Shown here piece by piece: positions 47,552 through 56,592 of a stretch of DNA of 64,000 nucleotides. A model generated the notes under the pieces. It made no database searches. It saw only the letters and a list, made by a program, of their open reading frames with translations, and was not told the origin of the DNA. The first letter of the stretch is position 1, and every line of letters begins with the position of its first letter. The DNA is from Candidatus Omnitrophota bacterium (GTDB lineage: Bacteria > Omnitrophota > Gorgyraeia > Duberdicusellales > 4484-171), in the NCBI GenBank assembly GCA_016935525.1, contig JAFGQU010000023.1, forward strand, positions 897 through 64,896, in the 5' to 3' direction. The position numbers and the translations under genes are program-made.

Positions 47552-48025
47552 TTACCAATAGAGTTTTTGAAACTTCTGGGAATATCGACGCAACCACTCA
47601 CGGGATGCCTCAGGCAGGGAAATCTCACGGCCCAGCTGTTGCTTACGCAATTGCCAGTACTCACCGATCAAATACATCTGTTCGATAAGCCGGACACGAA
47701 AAGCGTCGCTGACATCCTGAAAGTTTACCCCCACCAGGTAATGGTTTTCTCGAGAGTCTTTCGTACAATGAACGACTTTGGCATGTACGGTATATACTTT
47801 ATTGCGAAAAGGGATCTTTATTTTAAGTACAGCGTTTTTGGTAAGCACTTCGCGCGTAGCGAACAAAAGCCCGCCCCGGCTGATATTAAGAGTCCGGGAT
47901 TTGCCTTTCGTTGATTTTTGAGACAGACAGGACCTTTTTTTTACGACCTGATATTCAAACGGGAGGCTGATCGGATGACGTATTGATTGTCTGCGTTCCT
48001 GAGGGTCTTGCTTACGTGCGGCCAT
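47552..48025 (-). CDS. PilZ-like protein, paralog of 46278-46757
   Basis: RRQSIR, NISRGGLLF, C-terminus RLIEQMYLIGEY..QKLYW. Confidence 0.65.
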   Translation of the reverse strand: MAARKQDPQERRQSIRHPISLPFEYQVVKKRSCLSQKSTKGKSRTLNISRGGLLFATREVLTKNAVLKIKIPFRNKVYTVHAKVVHCTKDSRENHYLVGVNFQDVSDAFRVRLIEQMYLIGEYWQLRKQQLGREISLPEASREWLRRYSQKFQKLYW

Positions 48026-48121
48026 CGGTTATTCTTTCGGTTAAAATCTATTCAGATTATAATACTATTTCCGAAAGAAACGGTCAACCTGATTGATTTT
48101 ATTCTGGGCTACCGGAATGGA

Positions 48122-48988
48122 TCAAAAAGAGAGGTAGTCTTCTCGGGAAGAGAGAGCGTGTATCGCCCGGGTGATCCGGGATAATGACCGTTCGTCATGC
48201 TGGCGTTTAGTATCCAGCGAACAATACTCAGAAAGCGCCTCGGTCGCGTATGCCGAGAGCGTTTGATATATTTCGTTTTCCCGGGAATTTTTATTTTCCA
48301 GAGCTACAAACACGTTAAAGATATGCTGTACCGTTTCAGCCCGGAACGTTTGGTTATATTCTACGGTAAAAAAATCGCAGAGTGTCCGGGCGATCACTAC
48401 CGGGTCCTCATCGATCATCATCATAATCTCCTCTGACGCGGCGCGTACCGTTTCTTCCCTGCTGGTAAATCCATAAAGTACCAGCGGGACGACCATTTTT
48501 TTTCCCTGCGCGGCGATGAGCTCTTTCTTGGCACTACACAGGCTGTCATCGCCTCTTGATTCCAGGGAAAGGATTATCCCGCCGATCACCGAATAGTAAT
48601 TTAAAATGATGCTTAATTCCTCGCCGCCGATACTTTTCTCCATATGTACCTGATCGATACCTTTAAGTACTTGATGAATAAGTTGAGCGCTCTTGTCCAC
48701 GGTACGTTCGTCGCGGGAGCCCCACAACTCAGCCAACAGTAACGCTTCCTCATCATTTAACGGCTGGAAATTATCGAGTTTTTTCTGGATAAGCGATAAC
48801 AATTTTAATTCTTCGGCAACAACCGCGGGTTCTTCCCGAGTGATCTTTTCCCAATCGACCCACTGGGCGTTATTGACCGCTTTAGCCAGAAGGTTTTCTT
48901 CGGCATACGCCGAGAATTGATAGGTATCCTTACGGCAAGGCCCCATCACGATAATAATCACCAGGCTCAACAAAAATATCCGTTTCAT
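48122..48988 (-). CDS. secreted hypothetical protein
   Basis: Signal peptide MKRIFLLSLVIIIVMGPC. Confidence 0.5.
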   Translation of the reverse strand: MKRIFLLSLVIIIVMGPCRKDTYQFSAYAEENLLAKAVNNAQWVDWEKITREEPAVVAEELKLLSLIQKKLDNFQPLNDEEALLLAELWGSRDERTVDKSAQLIHQVLKGIDQVHMEKSIGGEELSIILNYYSVIGGIILSLESRGDDSLCSAKKELIAAQGKKMVVPLVLYGFTSREETVRAASEEIMMMIDEDPVVIARTLCDFFTVEYNQTFRAETVQHIFNVFVALENKNSRENEIYQTLSAYATEALSEYCSLDTKRQHDERSLSRITRAIHALSSREDYLSF

Positions 48989-49140
48989 CTGTCCGCTCCG
49001 TGTATGACCGTTTTTTTATAGTGCTCCATAACCTCAACTTATTTATACTATTTTCTTTTTAAGGATTTCAATACGCCGGCAGTAAATACCCTCCCCGGCC
49101 ATAAAACGGGCAATAAAACAAAAGTTAATTCTGAAATTTT

Positions 49141-49152
49141 GTAAACGTTTAC
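49141..49152. promoter_or_regulatory. palindromic site GTAAACGTTTAC in a divergent promoter region
   Basis: Read directly. Confidence 0.4.
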
Positions 49153-49272
49153 TTGAGGTTTTTAAGCCGCGGCAGGGGGGGACCGGATAAAACCACCGGT
49201 AGCCTATCTACCTTAAGAAAAGATACTGGACGTCGATCCGTAAAGATAAAATATTTATGTTATAATCGGATT

Positions 49273-50118
49273 ATGGCTTATTATGCGGTTCGTTGTGTGA
49301 TGATCATCTCGTTATTGCTTGGCGGATGTTGTTTTACTCCTTATCGGTTCAATTATCTTGATGAGGACCGGCCCCGGTATCTGTCTTCAACCGGGTACCG
49401 AAAAGGGATCTCTCCGGGGAAAAACATCAAGGTCGTCTCTTATAATATCAAATATTCCCGACATCCCGAAGCGCTCCGGCTCTTTAAGAAAGAAATATCA
49501 TTGTCCGATGCCGATATTATCTGTTTGCAGGAGATGGATATAAAATCCGTAAAGGAGATCGCCTCTTACCTTGATTATAATTATGTGTATTATCCTTCCA
49601 GCCATTCTTCCCGATGCGGCCGGGATTTCGGGCCGGCGATACTCAGCAAATTCCCGATAGAAAAAACCCGCAAAATCATGTTGCCGCCTTATCAGGAAAA
49701 GAAAATGTATAAAATACAGCGTATTGCCGTAATAGCCCAAATAACCTTAGATTCTGCCCCTTTGACCGTCGTCTCTACCCACCTGGGAGTCTTTATCTCC
49801 CCCGACGAAAGGATAACACAGGCCGAGACCATCCTTGATGCTCTCGATGGATATCCCGCCCCTTATATCATCGCCGGAGATTTTAATACGTTCAATACCC
49901 GGCACCGCAAGGCTGTCTCTCCAGTACTGGCACAGGCAGGTTTTTCTCTGGCGACTTCCTGTGTTAAATGGACATACAAACACTGGTATTTATTTAACAA
50001 AAAAGCTCTGTACGATTATATATTTGTGAAAGGGGCCGCAGTCAAAGAGTGCGGGTATGTGGCTGACCTTAAGGCGAGCGACCATATGCCGATATGGGCC
50101 GTACTCGCGTTACCGTGA
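49273..50118 (+). CDS. endonuclease/exonuclease/phosphatase (EEP) family protein, probably exported (start taken at ATG 49273; TTG 49153 is an alternative)
   Basis: VVSYNI..LQEM..SDH EEP motifs; hydrophobic N-terminus LLLGGCCF. Confidence 0.65.
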   Translation: MAYYAVRCVMIISLLLGGCCFTPYRFNYLDEDRPRYLSSTGYRKGISPGKNIKVVSYNIKYSRHPEALRLFKKEISLSDADIICLQEMDIKSVKEIASYLDYNYVYYPSSHSSRCGRDFGPAILSKFPIEKTRKIMLPPYQEKKMYKIQRIAVIAQITLDSAPLTVVSTHLGVFISPDERITQAETILDALDGYPAPYIIAGDFNTFNTRHRKAVSPVLAQAGFSLATSCVKWTYKHWYLFNKKALYDYIFVKGAAVKECGYVADLKASDHMPIWAVLALP

Positions 50119-50649
50119 AAAAAGTACTGACCGGTACGTATCATAAACCGGAGTATTGAAACATACGATCATCACTTTATCCACCGACGGGTATTTTTCG
50201 AGGCATTCTTTGATCTTGGCCAAGGCAATCGGTACGGCCGCATCAAGCGGGAACCGGTACGCCCCGGTACTGATCGAAGGAAACGCGATCGTCTTTATCC
50301 GATACGGTTCAACGAACCGAAAACAGCTTTCATAACACCTCCCAAGCAATAATTCTTCACCATGGATGCCGCCGCGCCATACCGGCCCTACGGTATGGAT
50401 CACCCATTCAGCCTGCAGGTTATACCCTTTGGTGATCTTCGCCTCTCCCGTAGCGCAGCCGCCTACACGGCGGCATTCTTCAAGAAGCCCGGGCCCTGCG
50501 GCCCGATGGATCGCTCCATCGACCCCGCCGCCGCCTAAAAGTGAATTGTTCGCGGCGTTGACAATCGCATCAACCGCTATGCTGGTAATATCTCCTTCGG
50601 TAATCTCTATCCGGTCAAACTTCATTTTTATCTCTACCGGCAGATTCAC
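50110..50649 (-). CDS. macro-domain protein (O-acetyl-ADP-ribose deacetylase, YmdB-like)
   Basis: GDITS..VNAAN..GGGGVDGAIH motifs. Confidence 0.8.
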   Translation of the reverse strand: MNLPVEIKMKFDRIEITEGDITSIAVDAIVNAANNSLLGGGGVDGAIHRAAGPGLLEECRRVGGCATGEAKITKGYNLQAEWVIHTVGPVWRGGIHGEELLLGRCYESCFRFVEPYRIKTIAFPSISTGAYRFPLDAAVPIALAKIKECLEKYPSVDKVMIVCFNTPVYDTYRSVLFSR

Positions 50650-50718
50650 TTAAAAAACCGTATATTATTCCGCCGTTTTTATAATAACAGAGATAGGGCT
50701 GGATAGAAACGATTAATG

Positions 50719-51102
50719 CTATTTTTTATCCTCGAGGATAGGGAGGATCATCCGGTAAAGTTTAGGGAATTCGAACGGTTTACTAAGAAAAGCATCCGCC
50801 GGGATGTCAATTTGAGACAATTCAGTAAGACATTGTCCGGTACAAAAAATAATGGGGATATCTTTGGTAACCGAATCTTCTTTTAGCACGTGGGCCGTTT
50901 CAATTCCGTCCATCACCGGCATTATCCCGTCAAGGATGATCAGGTCCGGTGTGCGTTTTTGAACCTCCTCCAAGGCCTCCTTTCCGTTCTTAGCTTCTTT
51001 GATAGAGAATCCCCGCCTCTGGAGAATCAGGTTTAAACAATAGCGTAAGAGATCATCGTCATCGACAATCGATATGACTGATTTGCCCTGCTTGATCTGC
51101 AT
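50719..51102 (-). CDS. single-domain response regulator (REC)
   Basis: IVDDDD..DLIILD..K pattern; start at internal ATG. Confidence 0.7.
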   Translation of the reverse strand: MQIKQGKSVISIVDDDDLLRYCLNLILQRRGFSIKEAKNGKEALEEVQKRTPDLIILDGIMPVMDGIETAHVLKEDSVTKDIPIIFCTGQCLTELSQIDIPADAFLSKPFEFPKLYRMILPILEDKK

Positions 51103-51196
51103 CCAAAACCTCTGGATATCCCGGGCACCAATCAAAGTATACCACCTTACGCATAAGGTGTCAATATAGTAAATTTTATGTTACCTTTATATCGTT

Positions 51197-51418
51197 ATGG
51201 AGAAAGACATTCGGGTAAATTACGCGAAACGTTTGCGGGCACTCCGTAAAAAACACGGGTACACTCAGCAGAAGCTTGCTGAACGCGCCAACATAGAATA
51301 CAAACATATTCAACGGCTGGAAAGTAAAAATCCCTGCGACGTGAAACTCAGCACTCTGGGAAAAATCGCCAAAGCCTTCAAAATCCCTCTTGCCAAATTA
51401 CTTGACTTTGACGACTAA
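51197..51418 (+). CDS. XRE-family helix-turn-helix transcriptional regulator
   Basis: YTQQKLAERANIEYKHIQRLE HTH. Confidence 0.75.
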   Translation: MEKDIRVNYAKRLRALRKKHGYTQQKLAERANIEYKHIQRLESKNPCDVKLSTLGKIAKAFKIPLAKLLDFDD

Positions 51419-51430
51419 CCTCCATCTAAC

Positions 51431-52178
51431 CATATCACACCTCGTAGGTGTGATATGCGGTTAAAACCATTTAATCAAAAAGAAAATCTTTTATCTTCGC
51501 TAATTGACGCTGATAAGAGATCCTTCCTTCTACAAACTGGCGATATCTTGTCGGCTTGATTGCCAATAAATCCTGATACTGGCAGATCTTCTCTTTCTGA
51601 AATTTACGGAAAACATATTCTCGATAAGAAGAAGCAGACCAATCTTCTGGATTATTGATAAATCCAGCAGTGACCGGATTAAGATGAACATAGCGAGTCA
51701 GATGCAATAATTGTTCGTCACTCTCTACAAGCACCCTTTTAAACCTTCCTTCCCACAACGGCCCTTTTCGTTTATATTTAGTGTTGAAATACTTAGAATA
51801 GCTATTTAGTATCTTACCCATAAATGCTGAGATACCATGTTCTTTTAATTGTTTGAGAATAAAATGCAAGTGAGTCGGCATAATACAGTAAGCAATAATA
51901 TTTACAATTTTCTCTTCGGGATTAGTTGACTCGATCCCCCCTACAAGGCTACTTTTCTGTCGCGTAAACCGATCTCTATAAGAAAACCTTATATTGATAC
52001 TATTCTGATAATATAAAATCAATCCTTCTATACGCATATAATCACGCAGATTGTTAAATATCCTAAAACCAGCAATGCTTTTTGTAAAAACGTGATATAC
52101 GCCCTCATTCACTAAAGACATATTTACTCCTTTCCTTTTCCCTCCCCTATATCACACCTACGAGGTGTGATATAGGGG
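51431..52178 (-). mobile_element. IS200/IS605-like or RAYT element: HUH Y1 transposase gene bracketed by 27 bp and 35 bp palindromic hairpins (CATATCACACCTCGTAGGTGTGATATG; CCCCTATATCACACCTACGAGGTGTGATATAGGGG)
   Basis: Hairpins read directly, 14 nt and 22 nt from the gene ends; shared 25 bp core. Confidence 0.65.
51471..52121 (-). CDS. IS200-like / REP-associated tyrosine transposase (HUH Y1 family)
   Basis: HUH motif CIMPTHLHFIL and catalytic Tyr region GPLWEGRFKRVLV..LTRYVHLNPV; AAGGAG RBS. Confidence 0.7.
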   Translation of the reverse strand: MSLVNEGVYHVFTKSIAGFRIFNNLRDYMRIEGLILYYQNSINIRFSYRDRFTRQKSSLVGGIESTNPEEKIVNIIAYCIMPTHLHFILKQLKEHGISAFMGKILNSYSKYFNTKYKRKGPLWEGRFKRVLVESDEQLLHLTRYVHLNPVTAGFINNPEDWSASSYREYVFRKFQKEKICQYQDLLAIKPTRYRQFVEGRISYQRQLAKIKDFLFD

Positions 52179-52187
52179 GAATAACGG

Positions 52188-52895
52188 TCAGAGTAAGCCG
52201 CGGTCAATAAAGCTATAATACACATCGTCGCCGATAATGATGTGGTCTAATACTTTTATCTGTAATGCGTCTCCGGCTTTTGTTAATGCCGCGGTGAAAT
52301 CCCGGTCCTCTTCGCTGGGCTGAGGATTTCCGGAAGGGTGGTTATGAACACAAATAACAGCAACAGCAAAGTATTCAATGGCCTTCTGAAAGATCTCACG
52401 CAATATCGGCTGGACATGGTTCACCGTTCCTTCGGTAGCCTCGATTATTTCAATCACCCGGTTCCGGCTATCAAGAAGTATTATTTTAAATACTTCCTTT
52501 TTTAAATCCCGCAGACGAGGCATCAATAACCGGGAGATATCTTTTGAGGATTTTATCTGAGGCCGATCTTTGTTTTTCCCGGCAATAAACCGCCGGGATA
52601 TCTCTAACGCCGCTCTTATCCGGGTGATCTTTGCTTTCCCCAGCCCTTTGACCGCCTGCCAACGCGAAAAATCGATATGCGCCATATTACGAAATCCCTG
52701 AAATTCCTGCATGATCCGACGAGCCAGGTCCAATGCGCTCACCCCTTTTGTCCCATTTCCCAGAAGGATTGCTAACAACTCCGCATCAGAAAGAGTATGT
52801 TCTCCATACTTTAACAAGCGTTCACGTGGACGGTCATCGTCAGCCCACGATTTTATCCCGGCTCCATACATTTTTCTTATTTTTTCTCTTTTCAT
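52188..52895 (-). CDS. radC: RadC-like JAB/MPN domain protein
   Basis: HNHPSGNPQPSEED JAMM motif, HhH N-terminus. Confidence 0.85.
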   Translation of the reverse strand: MKREKIRKMYGAGIKSWADDDRPRERLLKYGEHTLSDAELLAILLGNGTKGVSALDLARRIMQEFQGFRNMAHIDFSRWQAVKGLGKAKITRIRAALEISRRFIAGKNKDRPQIKSSKDISRLLMPRLRDLKKEVFKIILLDSRNRVIEIIEATEGTVNHVQPILREIFQKAIEYFAVAVICVHNHPSGNPQPSEEDRDFTAALTKAGDALQIKVLDHIIIGDDVYYSFIDRGLL

Positions 52896-53155
52896 ACGTA
52901 ACTACTCCTGTTTTTTCAACCGGCGACAAAATAAAAAAAGACTTTGCTTCCCCGGGCAAAGTCTTCATTGGTTATTTAGTTTATTCCTGTGATAGTCGAC
53001 CAATACGTATCAGTTTAATAATATAAATAAAAATGGTTTCAGTCAATACCTCACTGTATTTTTAAAATTTTACTCCGGCGCGGCAAAAATCAAAACAAAA
53101 TCATCCTGACAAAAGCATACCTGTCAAGAACATTTTCTGGGCCGGAAGAGAGAAA

Positions 53156-53184
53156 TTTTGACACTGTTTTTACAATCAAGTATA
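53156..53184 (+). promoter_or_regulatory. consensus sigma70-type promoter TTGACA-17-TATAAT
   Basis: Exact hexamers with 17 nt spacer, about 40 nt upstream of the PhoH2 ATG. Confidence 0.55.
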
Positions 53185-53225
53185 ATAAAGAAGAAAGGTA
53201 GTTACCGAACCGTTTTAAAATACCC

Positions 53226-54557
53226 ATGGCTGAATCCCGAAAAAAATTCTTTGTCATAGATACCAACGTCATCCTCCACGATTCTTCCTGTATCTACCAA
53301 TTTGCCGATAATGACGTCGTCATCCCCATCCCGGTCCTTGAAGAACTCGACCGGTTCAAAAAAGGGAACGAATTGATCAACGTCCATGCCCGGGGATTTT
53401 TACGGGCAATCGACGCGTTAAGTGCCGACAAACTTTTCGGGGAAGGGGTACCGATCGGGCCCGATAAAGGCAATATCATCATCAAAGTCGATCAGGAATT
53501 CTCAAACGAATTCGCGTTTAATTTTTCTCCCCAGAATCCCGATCACCATATCCTCCACATCGCCTACCGGCTCTCTCAGGACCATCCCGGCACGCCGGTG
53601 ATCCTGGTCACCAAAGACCTGAATCTGCGGATGAAAGCGAAATCCATGGGCCTGCATGCCGGAGATTATACGACCGATCATATCAAAGATATTTCCGAAC
53701 TTTACCTGGGGTACCGTATTGAAGAGAATGTCTCCGCCGAGATCATCGCTCAACTCTACAAAAAACCGTTTATGGTACCCGTAAAAGACGTCCCTTTAAA
53801 TAAAGACCTTCTTCCTAACGAATTTATTATTTTACGTAACGGGAAACAATCGGCTCTGGGAATATTCCATGCCCCGACCCAAATGATCAAACGGGTCCAG
53901 AAAACCGATGCCTACGGGATTTCTCCCCGTAATGCCGAACAGACGTTCGCGTTATATGCGTTACTTAATACCGATATCCGCCTGGTAAGTATTTCGGGAA
54001 AAGCCGGGACCGGGAAGACTCTTCTGGCGCTGGCAGCGGCGCTGGCGAACCAGAAAAACTATCGTCAGATATTTATCGCCCGGCCGGTAGTGCCGTTAAG
54101 CAACAAAGACCTGGGATTTTTACCCGGAGATATTCAGTCCAAGATGGAACCGTATATGCAACCGCTGTATGATAACCTGGGCGTGATCCAGCATAAATAT
54201 TTTTCTTCGGCCTCGAAAGACCGTCAGATCCAGAAACTGCTTGAATCCGAACAACTGCTCATCACCCCGCTCGCGTATATCCGCGGCAGAAGCCTGGTCG
54301 ACGTCTTTTTCATTGTCGATGAAGCCCAGAACCTTACTCCTCATGAGATCAAAACGATCATCACCCGAGCCGGCGAGAATACAAAGATGATATTTACCGG
54401 CGATATTTTTCAGATCGACCATCCTTATCTTAACACGTTCTCAAACGGCCTAAGTTACCTTATGGCCAAGATGAAGGGGCAGGAACTTTACACGCACATC
54501 AATCTGGAAAAAGGCGAACGTTCGGAACTGGCGGAACTGGCAAGTAATTTACTTTAA
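53226..54557 (+). CDS. PhoH2-type protein: N-terminal PIN domain fused to PhoH-like ATPase (YlaK-like)
   Basis: PIN acidic residues (VIDTNV.., ..VLEELD) plus Walker A GKAGTGKT and VDEAQN. Confidence 0.85.
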   Translation: MAESRKKFFVIDTNVILHDSSCIYQFADNDVVIPIPVLEELDRFKKGNELINVHARGFLRAIDALSADKLFGEGVPIGPDKGNIIIKVDQEFSNEFAFNFSPQNPDHHILHIAYRLSQDHPGTPVILVTKDLNLRMKAKSMGLHAGDYTTDHIKDISELYLGYRIEENVSAEIIAQLYKKPFMVPVKDVPLNKDLLPNEFIILRNGKQSALGIFHAPTQMIKRVQKTDAYGISPRNAEQTFALYALLNTDIRLVSISGKAGTGKTLLALAAALANQKNYRQIFIARPVVPLSNKDLGFLPGDIQSKMEPYMQPLYDNLGVIQHKYFSSASKDRQIQKLLESEQLLITPLAYIRGRSLVDVFFIVDEAQNLTPHEIKTIITRAGENTKMIFTGDIFQIDHPYLNTFSNGLSYLMAKMKGQELYTHINLEKGERSELAELASNLL

Positions 54558-54582
54558 AGAACATACTCCCTTAAATTATAAA

Positions 54583-54612
54583 GTCACATAGACACACGTC
54601 ACATGTCACACG
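54583..54612. repeat. GTCACATAGACACACGTCACATGTCACACG module (solo copy)
   Basis: Read directly; followed at 54640-54700 by TTTAGAGTTTAGTG word repeats. Confidence 0.55.
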
Positions 54613-54755
54613 ATTTAAAATCCTAACCATAAGAACAGATATCTGGTTTGAATTTAGAGCTTTAGATTTGTTTAGAGTTTAGTGCTTAGATTTTAGGATT
54701 TTACTCTATCCGCTACGTGAACGGAGTACTCCAGGATAGAAGCTGTAGACTTATG

Positions 54756-55175
54756 TTAAGGGGTTGGTTCTTTCTCCTGGGCGGGAGGTGCCGGCGGTAA
54801 TATTTTCTCTATACGTTCGACCAGGTCCGCGGTAGGAATAGGTTTTACGATATAATCCGCACAACGAAGAGACTGAGCTTCACTGCGGATGATGTCATCA
54901 TCAACCGCGGTAAGCATGATCACCGGGATATCACTGGTATTATGATGCGTTTTCAATATCTTTAACAGTTCCAGGCCGTTGGTCTTGGGCATCCGGATAT
55001 CCAGCAATATCACATCCGGTTTATGCCAGGGACACCGGGCGATCCACCCGCCCATGGAGGCTCCTTTTTCGGTAATCACCCGGCAATTACCTGCCCGATG
55101 CAGGTTTTCTTTTAAAAGATGCCGGAATTCCGGGTCGTCATCGACGACTAATATACGTATAGGCCTTGAAAACAT
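54756..55175 (-). CDS. single-domain response regulator (REC)
   Basis: ILVVDDD..ILLDIRMP..K; start at the ATG preceded by AAAAAGGAGACAGG. Confidence 0.7.
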   Translation of the reverse strand: MFSRPIRILVVDDDPEFRHLLKENLHRAGNCRVITEKGASMGGWIARCPWHKPDVILLDIRMPKTNGLELLKILKTHHNTSDIPVIMLTAVDDDIIRSEAQSLRCADYIVKPIPTADLVERIEKILPPAPPAQEKEPTP

Positions 55176-55262
55176 CCTGTCTCCTTTTTCAAATATTATA
55201 CATCGCGATAATCCTCTCATCCAGAGGTATTGTATACTTCGAAAAACCCAGAAAAAAAGGGA

Positions 55263-56357
55263 TTAATTGAAATCGTAACCTGAAGATTCGATAGGCTGGT
55301 CTAATTTCTGTTTGAGGTTATTGACGATCTGGGCGGCATCGTGACAGTACCGTAATGCTTGTTCGCTCACTTTGCCTTGCCGGAACAGATAGTGAAGAGA
55401 ATCTTCAAAAGTATGCATCCCTTCCCGTTTCCCGTTTTCAATAGCGGCTTTTATCTGGTACGCTTTTTTCCCCCGGATCAGATGCCGGACGGCACTATTG
55501 ACCATGAGCACTTCCGTGGCAAGATAACGACGCCCGCCGTCTCTTGCCGGGATTAACAATTGCGATACCACCATATGCAGAGAATCACTTAGTTGTACCC
55601 GGATCTGTTCCTGTTGTTGTGAAGGAAATACATCGATAACCCGGTTGACCGATTGAGCGGCATCCCGGGTATGCAGCGTAGCAAATACCAGGTGCCCGGT
55701 TTCGGCTGCGGAAATAGCCATACGGATAGTCTCAAGATCCCTCATCTCACCGACAAGGATCACATCAGGGTCTTCCCTCAAGGCACTGCGTAATCCCGCC
55801 GAAAAAGATCGCACGTGTGTACCTATCTGTCTCTGGTTTACCACCGCTCTTTTATGGGTATGGATAAATTCGATCGGGTCTTCCAAGGTAATGATATGAC
55901 AACTACGCTGGTGATTGATCCGGTCGATGATCGAAGCTAACGTCGTACTTTTACCGGAACCGGCCGGGCCGGCGATGATCACCATCCCGTTCGGTAACCA
56001 ACAGGTCTTATCGATCGCGTCCGGCAACCCCAGTTCTTCAAAAGACTGGAGGATCCCCGGGATCAAACGAAACGCCGCGCAGATCCCTTTCCGGTCACGA
56101 TAAATATGGACCCGGAACCGTCCAGCACCTTTTATCTCTCCGGCAATATCCATCTCTTTGCCGGACCGTATCTGGTTTTCCTGTTCGACAGTTAATATCT
56201 CTTTTAACAGCCCGCCGACATCACTGTCGGCCAGGGGCCGGTCGCTTAAATGTTTTAAATCACCATGCAGGCGGATGATCGGCGGTAATCCGACACATAA
56301 ATGCAGGTCTGAGGCTCCGCGTTGGGTAACCGCTTGAAATACTTTGTTAATATCCAT
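55263..56357 (-). CDS. pilT: type IV pilus retraction ATPase PilT
   Basis: GPAGSGKSTT Walker A, PilT Asp/His boxes, about 360 aa. Confidence 0.85.
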   Translation of the reverse strand: MDINKVFQAVTQRGASDLHLCVGLPPIIRLHGDLKHLSDRPLADSDVGGLLKEILTVEQENQIRSGKEMDIAGEIKGAGRFRVHIYRDRKGICAAFRLIPGILQSFEELGLPDAIDKTCWLPNGMVIIAGPAGSGKSTTLASIIDRINHQRSCHIITLEDPIEFIHTHKRAVVNQRQIGTHVRSFSAGLRSALREDPDVILVGEMRDLETIRMAISAAETGHLVFATLHTRDAAQSVNRVIDVFPSQQQEQIRVQLSDSLHMVVSQLLIPARDGGRRYLATEVLMVNSAVRHLIRGKKAYQIKAAIENGKREGMHTFEDSLHYLFRQGKVSEQALRYCHDAAQIVNNLKQKLDQPIESSGYDFN

Positions 56358-56592
56358 AACTACCCTTCATGTCGTTACCGGTCCGGTAAAACAGCTCTGT
56401 CCGGACAGTCCCCTCTCGTATTCACGCAGAACAATACATCCGGTTTCTCGCGTATTTCCGTACCCGATTTTTATACAGTGTGTTCCGTGACGATCTTCGT
56501 AACCCTTAATGTATAACTTATTTTCCCGGTAAATTCAAGAGCTTCGGGGTAGTTTTTTTAAGAATATGCGGTGTTTTTGCCGGATTTTCCGG

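Noticed and set aside
49153-49272. TTG-initiated N-terminal extension of the EEP gene (MRFLSRGRGGPDK..)
   Set aside because: It is an Arg/Gly-rich, non-signal-like sequence read through promoter-like AT-rich DNA; the ATG at 49273 gives a plausible signal/lipoprotein N-terminus.
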